Position numbers and translations under genes: made by a program. This document shows positions 1 through 11,499 of a DNA stretch of 64,000 nucleotides, piece after piece. Location of the stretch: contig MNCI01003377.1 in NCBI GenBank assembly GCA_015680685.1, positions 702,708 through 766,707 on the forward strand, in the 5' to 3' direction. Under the pieces are notes generated by a model. The model searched no databases. It saw only the letters and a list, made by a program, of their open reading frames with translations, and was not told the origin of the DNA. Every line of letters starts with the position of its first letter. Position 1 is the first letter of the stretch. The DNA comes from Gnetum montanum (lineage: Eukaryota; Plantae; Gnetophyta).

Positions 1-34
1 CTGTGGGGGTATGATGAGACGTGGTTTGCATCAG

Positions 35-146
35 CCGCGATATCGCGTGCGATATCGCATCCCCCGCGATATCGCGTACGCGATATCGCGTCCTTCCCTA
101 CGATATCACGTACGCGATATCGCAGTCCGCCGCATGTCTATAAATA
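35..146 (+). promoter_or_regulatory. LTR U3 array of CGCGATATCGCG-type palindromes followed by a TATA box
   Basis: About six CGATATCG-like palindromes at 35-125, then TATAAATA at 139-146. Confidence 0.65.
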
Positions 147-308
147 AGAGGCGGCTCTCCCTTGTTTAAGGATCCCAGTTTTAGTGTAGCGAAGCTCTGG
201 CAGTTTGATCCCTCCAGAGTTAGAATTTTTCTCGTGTCTGCCTGCAGTGTGGTAAATGTAATTGTACGGTGTCTTTATTCGAGTGTGNNNNNNNNATTTA
301 AGTGTGAC

Positions 309-430
309 TGCTTGGTAGCCCAGTGGTGTAGCTAGGGGGATCTACGCTTGGTAACCCAGTGGCGTATTTGGGGTCTGCGCTTGGTAATCCCAGTGGCGTA
401 CCTAGGCCTATGCTTGGTAGTCCCAGTGGC
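309..430 (+). repeat. ~33-bp tandem repeat (x4) inside the LTR
   Basis: GCTTGGTA(A/G)(T)CCCAGTGG(C/T) core repeated four times immediately after the N gap. Confidence 0.85.
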
Positions 431-1319
431 AGTTGTGCACAAGATCCAAGATGTGTACGGTTGATCAAGGAATCGGTTGCTCGTCGCACTTAGGCTAGAT
501 TAGATTTCTTTACCTTTTCCTTTTCCTCTTAGCTTAGATTTAGTTAAATATTCTTTTCCATTTCCTTTAGGAGTAGCGTAGATTAGGAAACACATCATAC
601 ACCTCATCTAGACTAAACCATACGTGACATATGCAAAACTAGTCTAGATGGGAAGATAGCGAACTGCGACCTAAGGCTAACTATCTAGATACCACAACTA
701 GTCCATCTGCGGAGTTCGACCGGATCGCGCGTGCGATGCTCGTTTCGTATGGTTGAGTGTAGGGGTACCTCGCCACTCATCAAACATCGACCTCAAAAAG
801 CAACGGAGCTGGAATATCCATAGGTTTGATATATTTTGTGTTTTATATTTTTAGGTTTTGTTAATGGTTTTGGCTATTGGTTACTAACTAGTCATGTGTT
901 GTTCTATTTCAAGGTTCAGCAAAAATTGGCAGCCCTTGTCATGAGGGTGGGAATGACCCACCCCTTCCTCCTCTAGATGCCCCTTAATATCATTCATCTA
1001 CTTTTTTTTTAGTTTGTTGGCTACTTGTTTTTATTTTTATGTTGATGACTATTGTTAGCCAAGACTATGTTATAGATGGTTGTTATTATTTTTTGGACAT
1101 TTTGCCACTTAATGTGGCCATGGCTATGTACATTACAAACATTTTAATTTTAAAATTTTGCTTTCATTTTTGGCTATATATTTTGTTCTAGTAAGCATTG
1201 TAAATTTTATAAATGTTGTGAATGGCTATGTTGATGTGTTTGATTATAAAATTAAATTGCTAATCAATGTGATAATAGGCTAAATAAAAATATAATAAAA
1301 GGGAAATTTGTCATTTTTA

Positions 1320-1570
1320 GGCCATGAAGGGCATAGGTTGTATTATTTTAGTAGAAGTTGCCAATTTAAGGCCATGGCAGGCTGTGTTATGTGATTGTTT
1401 TTGCTAGTTTAAGGCCATGGCAAGCCAAGTTGCCAGTTTAAAGTCTTATTGAACTATGACATCAGTTTAGAGTCTTAGCAAACTATGATGCTAGTTTAGA
1501 GTCTTCACAAACTATGATGCCAGTTTAAGGCTATAGTAGGCCCGATGCTAGTTTAAGGCCATATTAGGCC
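1320..1570. repeat. ~29-bp degenerate tandem array
   Basis: Repeated (T)GC(C/T)AGTTTAAGGCC/AGTCTT units. The reverse complement occurs at ~35380-35465. Confidence 0.75.
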
Positions 1571-1799
1571 TTTGTTAAAGAGAAACTTATATATATTTTT
1601 TGGTAATTTTATGTTTTAAAGTTTTTAAGGCTTTTTTGATGTTTATAACATGAGTAAAAGTGAAGAAAAAGAAAGGCTATAATAAAAGAGTAAAAATGCA
1701 AATGAAAGTAGAAACTTAGGCTACATGCATAAAAAGTAAAACAAAGTATATAAAAAGGTATAAAAAATTAAGAAAGAAAGGTTAGGCTACATGGCCATT

Positions 1800-4700
1800 G
1801 GTGGATTTGGTTATAAGGGCATGGAAAGGTTAATGTGCACTTCACTTGTGCAAATTCTTCCTAATCTTTGAAGGATTAGGGAATGAGTAAGGTCTACTCT
1901 ACACAAGCTTACATTCACCATCATCTTTACTAATGACATTAAAAGGAAGTTCATCCCATAATGTATCCTTTTACCTATAATTTTCATTATTGGCTTTCTA
2001 TTCCATCTTATGTTGATGGATTTCATGGCTAGGAGCTTCTTCTTAAAGCTCCACTTCAAACACCTATTCTATGCTCACATTGTTGATAGCTAGGGGAATT
2101 TCTCTATCACCATGAATGATGATTTCACCTCCCTCATAAGGAAGGTGAACTTCTTAAGGGATGGGTAAGGACACAACCCATAATTGAGCCAACCATGGTC
2201 TTCCTAGAAAGAGGTTGAACCTTGGTGTCTCCTCCACTACCAAGAAATTAGTAGTTATGGGGAACTGCACCCCTACCACAAAATCCAAGGAGATGGACCC
2301 CTTGACTGCAATCCTAGATCTATTAAAAGACTTGAGGATAGCTGTTGATGTATGTTGTATTTTCTCTATCAAACATAGTACTCAACAATGCATGAGATAA
2401 CATTAGTCACAACCCCATCATCTACATGCACCTGATGCACTTTAAACTACCCTACACATATGTTATAAATAGAGAAGCCCTAGTTACTTCACCATTTTTT
2501 AGATTATCCTTGATTTTGTAATTGTGAAATACTACAGGTGTTGAATTTTCTTCCCTTGATGATGGAGGGACCAACACTGCAAGGATGGCTTCCTCATTAG
2601 TAGGGATGTCATCACTAATGAGGATGGAAGTCAACATTTTGACTAACACCTCACGATGTGTGGCAGAAGGCATGATTATGTCATATAAGCTTAGAATTAT
2701 ATTCTTTTACTTAAGAGATTACCTAACCTAATCTATCTCATTAAGGAAGTTTTTATCATTGGCTATGGGCTTGTCACCTTGATTGTGTTTCACTTCCTCC
2801 ATGCATTCCAAAATGTAAACTTTGGTTTTAGTTTGTGGTTGTTGGATTTTTCTCATTCTTTTGGCTATGGGCTTTGGTGTCCTCCTCTGGCTTGTTAGTT
2901 GGAGTAGGTTGGGAAAAGGAGGTCATGGGTATAGTCGATATGGAAGTGGGTTTTGGTGGACCCACTTCCTTTTGTGCCTTAGTCTACTTGTCACCCTTGT
3001 TACCAGGCTTTTGCTTATGCTTCTTTCTTTACTTTGTTGAATTCTTTTGATTATTAGTCATTGGTTGTGAGGAAGAGGTAGTAGCATTGACCACCAGAGG
3101 AGGTCATTGGGTGGTCATGTTAGTTGGCTAGGCTACAGCTAGTGGGGTTTTATTAGGCTAGGATACATTGATAATGAAAGGTTCCTTTTGAGGTGCCTAT
3201 GATGGTACTCTCACAACAAAATGGGGTCTTGAGCTAGTAGAAGCTAAAGAGGTCCTTTCATCGTGAGGGGGTACCTGAATCACAAATGATTCCCTCGCTG
3301 GTCTCCAATTCTCATTAATGTTGAATGCTAAAATAATATAAAGACTGTTATTAGCATTCAATGGGTCCTTGTACACTTACAGCAATTGATTTTATGATCA
3401 TACCAAGTTGGAAGCATCTACGACTAGCTCTTCCATATCTATCATCTTCTGCAAGTCATTCTTCAACGCAAGGTAGAAGTTTGTGTCAGGACTAGGTAGT
3501 TGATGGTAGTGGTAAAAGTGGTCTATTTTGAAGTACCTAGGTAGTTTTGGATCATCCTTTGTTACTTGAGTGGGATCCTTGGCTATTTTGCATAGATGCT
3601 TATGCTTCTTTCGAGTGGCATTGATCATCTATTTGTATTGCATGCATCCACTCTTCAAAAGTTGATCTAGCAACTCAGATGGTTCAAAGGCAAGGTAGTG
3701 TATTTGCTTTGGTCTTTTTGCTCAAAATTTGACCTAGTTGTAGTCAATGTAGTGGCCTTAGAGGTTGATGGTTGGTTATCATGGTTGTTAGTGGGGGCCT
3801 TGGGTGGGTTGTTCGTTGGTCCTTGGTTAGTGATCTTTGCTTCTTTGGTCACTATTGCTACAACCATGTTGTTTTTTTATTCTTTTCCTTGTCCCTCCAT
3901 GTATGTTGATTTTTATATGCTACATAGGCTAGATAATGATTGGCCTCCACAACATCCTCTATGTTCTTGATTTGGAAAAATGCTTGGCTGAGAGACCATG
4001 GATAAAGATTGTAAATTTTTAACTTGATAAATTTGTTCACTACCCCTTTGAATATGGGTAAAAGATGGATCTTAGTTATGGGCTTTGGTATTTCATTTAG
4101 GAGTCCATTCCATCATTGAATGAACTTCTGTACAAGTTTTAGGGATCCCTAGTTAACCTTCATGATCTAGTTAAGCATGGTGTTGGGCTTTAAGTTATAC
4201 TTAAAGTGGGTAACAAACTAGACTATCAAGTCCTCCAAAGAGGATATGAATCCTCTGAGTAAGGCATGACACCAATCAAGTGGTTTCTTAGTTAAGGACA
4301 TAGGAAAAATCCTCATGATGGTATGAGGCCATAGCTATAATAACAAACACTTGGATATGAAGGTTACAATGTGAGAATTTGGGTCATCTTCTCTATTGTA
4401 TTTTTTGAATTGGGGGAAAGGAAAAATAGGAGGAAGTGTCAAGGATGTGACCATAGGACTAATGGGATCATCCTGGTGGAAGTCCATAATTTTCATACTT
4501 AATAGAATCTCTAAGCCTCTTTAACTTCTCTATTAGGTCTTGGATCATTTGGAAGACCTAATCCAAGTCCTGTGATGGCCATGTTGGCTATGGGGCTTGC
4601 ACACATGGTTGTGCCATCTATTGTAAGGCTTGTGGCCTTGCTATGGGTTGTAAGATAGAAGGAACTGGTTGCATCATGGTCATAGCTTATGGGCCAAACA

Positions 4701-5490
4701 AGGAAAAAGAGACTTGTGCTGGTACTTAAGGCACAAATGGAACAAAGGAGGTGTACAATCCTTAGGTTGCTTGAGGCTCCATGGTGGATCCCATGTGGCT
4801 AGTCAATAGGTTAGCGGCAATAGCTACCACTATCATCGATAAAACTAACCTAGGTTTCATAGCAAGGGGCATGGAGAAATGAAAGGTAGTTGGTTGCAAC
4901 ACTGATTATGCTTGGTGTGTAGTGATGATTGGTGTAGGCCTAAACATGGTCAAGTACATTGAGGATGAAGGTGGTAGGACCTATCCAAATGAAGAGGTAA
5001 AGGGGGTAGAGATGTATGCTATGGCCTTGGGATTCCCTTGTTGGAAAAGAACCTTCACAAATTTTCTAGGCATAGACTCTATCCCAAATTCATCTTCTTC
5101 CTCTGGTTACCCCTTAGAGGTAGTTTTCCAGTTGTCCTCATCAACATCAATGAGAAGGGCTAAGACACTAGCATAGATGTCATTAAGGGGTATTTGGTCA
5201 TAGTGTGAGGGAATATACTTCTTTCCATCATAAGGGATGAGCTTGAATTCCCTCTTGGCCTTTGATTTGACTCATGGGATTGGCATGCTAGCATAGATCT
5301 TAGTGTAAATGAAGTTATAGTGTTCTTCATTTGTTGCCAAGAAGTCAAAACTTTGCCCTCTAAGTCTAAGAAATTTCCACATTTCATTATGGTAGGGTCT
5401 TTAGGGTCATAAACCCACATGTGTTGTTGATCTAACCCATTGTCAGTGTAGTTATAAGGCAACTTGTTTGATTGTGGGAGAGACATGGGT
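1800..5490 (-). pseudogene. Disrupted gag-protease of Tat-type element A
   Basis: Fragments include MDFHQDDPISP..FPQFKKYNREDDPNSHI (retrotrans gag, ~4490-4370), the Zn-knuckle remnant FYHYHQLPSPDTNFYLALK and the protease C-terminal motif FNLFLGRPWL. Many TAG/TAA stops. Confidence 0.75.
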
Positions 5491-6199
5491 ATTTTCTTAA
5501 AAATGGCTTGAAATAGGCTATAAAAGGAAAAAATAGGAGAAAATCCCAATAAGTGGAATTTGAAATGGTTAGAGGTAACAAAAAAAACTAAAAATGGATC
5601 ACTTTCTATAATTAGTAAGTGGGGGTAATGGGGGTTTATCCCTTTACCAAAAATAGAAAGATGGGAACATTGGTGTTAAGCCTCATCTATGCTAGCCTTC
5701 CAATTGCCTCTACATTGGGTATGGTAAAGGTGTAAAGAAGGGGATGACATGGGGGGAATCTCACACCTTTCTATTCCAACACTAATGAGGGGGAAATGGA
5801 TTAAAACCAAAGTGGAAAGTTGGTATTTTTCTAGTAGAACTTGGTTTTAGTAGGCTATTAATTTTCTCAGCTAGGAAAGATGATGGCAAGTCGACTTCCA
5901 GAAGTTTGATAGTTTTTGAAAGGGTTTAATCACCCATTTTGGAAAATGAAAAAATTAGTAGCAAAAAGGAAAAATGATGAAAGGTTTCAACGTTGGCTTT
6001 GGGCTAAAAAATTCAAATTAGTTGCTGCAAAGAGCCAACACCCATCCACTTGAAACTTCCACACTATAGTTTTGGTCATAGGGGGGAAGATGTAGTGTTG
6101 ATTTTTTGAAAGTTTTCGCTACAAAAAAATCAAAGAAAATTTTGCAAATGACAACATTGGCAATGGGTAAGATAGATCTGATCATAGAAATCGAGTGAA

Positions 6200-6218
6200 G
6201 GCCCTCCTTCTAGCATTA
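6200..6218 (-). other. Primer-binding site, tRNA-Asn type
   Basis: Minus strand reads TAATGCTAGAAGGAGGGCC, a deaminated form of TGGCGCTAGAAGGAGGG (complement of plant tRNA-Asn 3' end), adjacent to the LTR end. Confidence 0.8.
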
Positions 6219-6224
6219 GAAAAT

Positions 6225-7099
6225 TGTTACAACAAAAAAAAATCGATCATTGCAAAATCGATAGATTTGGCATAGCAGCCTCAATTTCAAATCCCCAAGG
6301 CCTTAAAAAAATAAGATTCAAGGTACCTTGGATGATCCAATAAATCACCTAGGGACTTACAAAATGTAAAATGGAAAGTTGAGAAAATATAATGCAAAAA
6401 TTACAGATTTGTAAAATAGAAAGCAAATGCACATAGCACATAAAAATGAAACTTTAAAACTTTATAAAAAGAATAAAGAAAAATTTTCAGAAATGTGTAC
6501 AAGAAATGCCCATAAGAAAGCAAAGGAGGGTTTACTAGGGTAGGAGTTCAAAGCCCATTGAAGTCGATGTGATCTGATCCACGATCCAAGTACCAAGCCA
6601 CTCTTGATGCTTTCAAATCCCCTCTTTTGCAAACTATAGATCTAAAATTTTGGTCACTATTTTGGGGTGAGAAAAGTGAGAAATTTGGCTACCAAATTGC
6701 TCCATGTTGGGGGTTGGAAGTCCCTAAAATGCAGTGTTAACACCAAAAATCCACAAGTCTTAGGGGGGTTGCAAAGGCTAGAATGCTTCCACATTGGAGC
6801 TTAAGAGAATGAAAGCATGGGAGATTGCAAGGGCTCTTGAATTCTTAAAAATGCCTAAGTGTAGAAATGACAAAAGTCTTGAACTAACAAATATTTTGGA
6901 ACAAATTCCAATGGTATCAAATTTCAAAAAGTGTGGAACCTATAAATGGTGTTTGGGTTTTGGTTTTATAGGTTTTGGCCATGAATGGTGTTACAAAATG
7001 GCTGTAATTTGGCTGCACAATCACTGCAAATTGGCTATCAAATTGATGCAAATTTCTACTTTGTACAAGTAAGATGGATGCTCAAATTTTTGGGTTATA
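6225..7099 (-). repeat. 5' LTR of Tat-type element A
   Basis: Abuts the PBS. Plus-strand ends are TGTTAC...GTTATA, with local similarity to the LTRs at 29053 and 60153. Confidence 0.6.
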
Positions 7100-7259
7100 A
7101 TATATAGTAACTATTAAACCCCCATTGTCATTTCATTTACTATAAATAATAATAGGGACACACCTTCTACATTAGAGATGAATTCTTCCACGCTAAGCCT
7201 TCTATCATGTTTGCTGAAGTGGTTGATTAATGTTGGAATACATTGAGTGATGAAATTTG

Positions 7260-7486
7260 GCTTTTGTGGCTTCCATGCTAGGGGCATGCAGCTACCACAC
7301 TAGGGGTGGAGCCTCCACATTGGGGGAAGCTTCCATGTTGAGGGGGAAAGGTTTCCATGTTGTGTATGCAATCTCCACATTGGGGCAAAGGCTTCTACGT
7401 AGAGGGGGAAACCCCCACCCCTCCATGCTAGGGGTAGGTAATAGTTACCCCTTGTAGGTGTTTCCAATGTAGAAAAGTTTATACCA

Positions 7487-7515
<29 letters not shown>
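7260..7515. repeat. Degenerate TCCA(C/T)(A/G)TTGGGGG-type array ending in a poly-C tract
   Basis: Roughly eight similar units at 7260-7470 and a C-run at ~7487-7515. Confidence 0.6.
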
Positions 7516-7517
<2 letters not shown>

Positions 7518-7951
7518 AAAAAAGCCCCATCAAATTACCATTTTTGGCTTTCTAAAAGGCATTTTTGATCTCCCAAGCCCAAATATAAATACTATATGAA
7601 TTTTTTCACTTGGGGAATGAGTCTTTAATCAATTATGAGGTGTTTTTAGCCCCAAAAGTATGGAATATGTGAGATTACCCCTTTTGGATTACACTCTTCA
7701 CATTTACAATGAAGTTTTGCCTTGATTTTCATGGGGTGAAAGCTACGTTATGAAAATTGGCCATAACATGCAAATTTTTGTGGTGTTTTAGGTATAAACA
7801 AGCATCTTAGGATTAAGAGACCTAGACATTGAATAACAACAAGGGATGGACTCTACAAAGAAGGACCGCATTATAAACTTAATTAATCAATCAAGGTAAG
7901 TATTAGTGAGTATGACTCCTTAACTTGCATTACTTGTTATATGCATTTTTT

Positions 7952-8603
7952 TGTTGATAACTTAAATAAAGAATAAGTTAGGTATGTCTCATATTCTTGG
8001 TTTTTCTTAGTTATTATCATCCTTGGTAGCATCCTTCAAGACCCTTCAATATTTCACATTTTTTTTGTTCATGTGTCTCATTTTCCCTAAGGAGAACATA
8101 CATACCTAGATACAACATCTCACTATTTTACAAGACATCTCACTAGAGACATCTTTGTTAAGACATCTTGATTGATATGTCCCAACCAAGGCCAAGATGT
8201 CTTAATTAATTTTTAACCCAAATTGGGTAAGACATCTCACTTTTCTCTAGGACATCTCATGCACACTGCAAACCCTCCCAAAGATGTCTTTCTATATAAA
8301 TCTACCAATCCTTTTCCTTTTTCCATCTCATTTCAAACTATAGACACCTCACCTTATTTGACTAGGGCTCTCTTCCTACTGAAACACCACTCTTTTTGGC
8401 TTGGTTTTCATGACTCACAAGAAGATAGGAACTTTAGGGTTGCCTCCATGCAAGTCCAGGGGCTCTAAAGGAACATCTTCAAGAAAATATAGCTCTTGTA
8501 AGCTCCAATTCCATTCCACAAATGCTCAAAATAAGTTTCAGTATAGTATCTTTGTGTTTATTATATTTGAACATAATATAAACTTCTATTAGCATCTTCA
8601 ACA
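7952..8603 (+). mobile_element. LTR fragment related to the SIRE-like LTR at 29533
   Basis: Starts TGTTGA..GGTATGTC, has repeated GACATCT motifs and TATATAAA (~8294), and ends TTCAACA. No matching TSD. Confidence 0.4.
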
Positions 8604-11499
8604 AGCATTATTATCATATTTTGAGGCTCTAAGATGGAGAACTATCATTTCTATTACTATGTATATTCTAGAAGTATTGGTACATGAATTTTTCAATATT
8701 ATGGTTATTACAAATACTTCTATTGGGGCTTGCCAGGGAATTTATAAGGATCGGTCTAGCACATGAGGAGCCACCACCTGTGCTTAATGGCCATGGTAAC
8801 TACTACCCATGCATAATTTCCATTGTAATATCTATTTCCATCACTCTTGGATAACGTCCATTGATCATGTGTAGAAACGACAGTGAAGATCACCAATCAC
8901 ATGGCAAAGAAATGTGTAGCTCCCATCACCTATGCGCAGGTAACGTTTGTAGGAATGTATAGCCTTAAAAATGATAGGAAACCACACCCTAGTTGCTACT
9001 TAATGGGTAGCTGCATGGACTTGGTGTAGGAGAAATGTGCTACTACAAAAATATGCAATAGTGAAACAGAACTCTACTAGAAATAGAAACTTTTGTTTCC
9101 ATAGGAGAATAAAAAAATGCAGTGTCATCTCATGTTCTATTTCCATAGGAATCTATCTTGTAGCCATCTAAAATAGCACTGTCTGATAGAAGTGTTATTC
9201 ACTTGTTGTGCTACATATGAGAAGCCACCTCACAATTGCTCATGTTGCCACCATTTTCATTGAAGTCATTGAGGAGGCTTTAGAAGATACCCCATAATTT
9301 TCCGTTATAATTCCTAGCATCTCTACCATGCCAAAACTAACCAAACATGCTTCCATTAATGGTGAAGATGGATAGGGAAAGGTGTAGGTTTCTTGCAACT
9401 TCTATTTGTTTTGTGTATCATTTCTGGATTAGCCATAAATGAATCACACATTTTTAAATTATGCAAGGAAAAAAATATTACAACTAAACTTTCATTGTTT
9501 TGGCAGGTAACATTTGCATCTATGTGGAAGGTGGGAAAAATGGGAAAATGTGTGGAGGAAAGTTGGTAGGGATGACCACCATAAATGGGTAGTAATGGTT
9601 ACAAATCAAGAAACTCCTTAGAAGCTAAATATTCTATAGTTATCGGTAGGGAGATGGTACCATAGTTGGTATTTGAGAATACCAACTTTTAATCATTTCA
9701 CATCCTAACTCCTTTGCTTTTTTTTTTTAGTTTTTTTATTACCAAGGGATAATGATAGGTTTCATAAGTGATAATCTCATTAGCTTGTTAGGTAAAATTT
9801 GGTACATAAAGTCACACTTAAGTTATCATTAAACTCTTCTGTAAGTTCTTTAAATTAACTAAATTATCATGTTTCCTGCTTAACTATGATTGTCAAACCA
9901 TAGAACGATTGTAGATATACTTTATGATTTATGACCAACATGATAATTACTGAGGAATAGAGCGATTTCTAAATTGTGATTTAAACTTGCAACCAATTTC
10001 ATTACAAGATAATGAGCTAAAACCATAGGATTTTTAACTATCAATGAATTAGAACTTATTTAATCAAGGTCCTATGCTGGCATGGAAGTGTTGGCACCAA
10101 CACTTAGTCCCAAAACTAGAAACTGCATGCAAGCGCAAGAATAGAAAAACCATAGAAATTTTAAAAGGAGATGCAAAAGACAAGAAATCAAAAGGTCCCA
10201 AAGCACTAACAAATTAAAACTCAAAAGAAAACCATACCTTTTTAAACATGACTAAAATAATCATATAATCAAAGGAGTACTAAACATGAGCCATCCAACA
10301 CACCACCTTGTTTAATCAAGATCTAAACATATACTCTTTATAAATCATAATTATCTATAGATAATTAAAATTTATAATTAAGACCTCATTCCCAATCATC
10401 TCATGAATAAAAGAAATTAGCATAAGGATTAGTTTGAGTACAAGATTTATACAAAACTTAATGAAGAGTACATGCTTATCTTAGATCATAGCTAACCACA
10501 ACTTTCAAATTTTTCCTTGGAATTGTTTTTTTTTTGTTTTTGAAAGTTAAAAAGGGAATGGATGAAAAGGAATAAGGGAAAATGAAGAAAATTAGGGAAT
10601 GGAAAGGGAATATTTGCTTTTCTCTTTTTTGAATTTTGGTGAAATTGGTTTAAAAGGGGAATGGAGGCTAGGATGAGGATTGTTGCCAGACCCCATCACA
10701 CATAATAACTTATTACACTACTAATAAACATTATCATCAATTTTTGAGAAAACTTTTCCCATGGTATTTTATTATTAAGGTAGGAATTTCAACATGAGTA
10801 TGGCTGATTAGCTACACTAGCAATGAACACGGGTCCTTTTGGAAACTTTGCCAATGATGTAGTTCAATCCTCATGTATGTGCCTTTGATTATAATCTAGA
10901 TGACATCATAGCAGGTCTCCTGGGTGGCTAAGGATTCTCAAGTGGAGAGGAACACACTTCACCTTGTTGCTGACATGATAGTCATGGATCATCACACTTA
11001 AGGGCTAGGGCTTAAGAGAGGGAAAATGGAATTTTCCAAGGTCACTTAGTGATTGTGGCTAATCATTCTCCAAACTCACATATCCTACATTCACATGAAC
11101 AAGATAAGTTAGCATAAATCCCATCCTCCATAATCCAACATAACTAATAAAACTAAAACCTTGAAAAATATTGGGAAGAATCAATAAAACATTAAAGTAT
11201 ATCATATAAAGAGGTTTTATATAATAGTAATATGATATAACATATAAAGCAGTATACTTTTTTTTTTCCAAATGGTGTTATAATGACCCAATTCCTAGTA
11301 ATCCAAATGATCATAATGATTATTAAAATCATGTTGAAAAGCATAAATAGATCAAACCAAAACCAATATGCTAAAAACAAAAAGAGATGATGATAGACTT
11401 AACATGCATGAGAAAATGATGGAAATACAAAGAAAACATGCAAATGCAACTATATATAAATGAAATGCATGGTGAAAGGGAAGAAAGCATGAAACTAGG

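Larger units (their letters stand above)
12..782 (+). mobile_element. Young 3' LTR of an Athila-like Ty3/gypsy element (body lies left of the window)
   Basis: Terminal inverted repeat TGATGAG...CTCATCA, preceded by PPT-like TGTGGGGGTA (2-11). It shares blocks (GTAGCGAAGCTCT, CTTTATTCGAG, GCTTGGTAACCC, TTCGTATGGTTG..GGGGTACCTC) with the LTRs at 17824 and 24589. CpGs are intact. Contains an N gap at 288-295. Confidence 0.85.
783..7099 (-). mobile_element. Degenerate Tat-type Ty3/gypsy non-autonomous element (gag+protease only), copy A; 3' part interrupted by the young LTR
   Basis: LTR ~6225-7099, tRNA-Asn-type PBS, gag and protease remnants collinear with 32050-35230. The downstream non-coding region resembles 35380-35900. 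Confidence 0.75.

Noticed and set aside
309-430. CRISPR-like repeat/spacer appearance
   Set aside because: The variable parts are only ~12 bp and related to each other, the array lies within a plant LTR, and there are no cas genes.
298-489. Repetitive GLPS ORF
   Set aside because: Antisense reading of the LTR tandem repeat.
6200-6218. tRNA gene
   Set aside because: Only the ~18-nt 3'-end match is present, consistent with a PBS (likewise 15255, 18719, 31261, 43435, 58060).
7300-7533. Poly-Gly ORF
   Set aside because: Translation artefact of a poly-C homopolymer.
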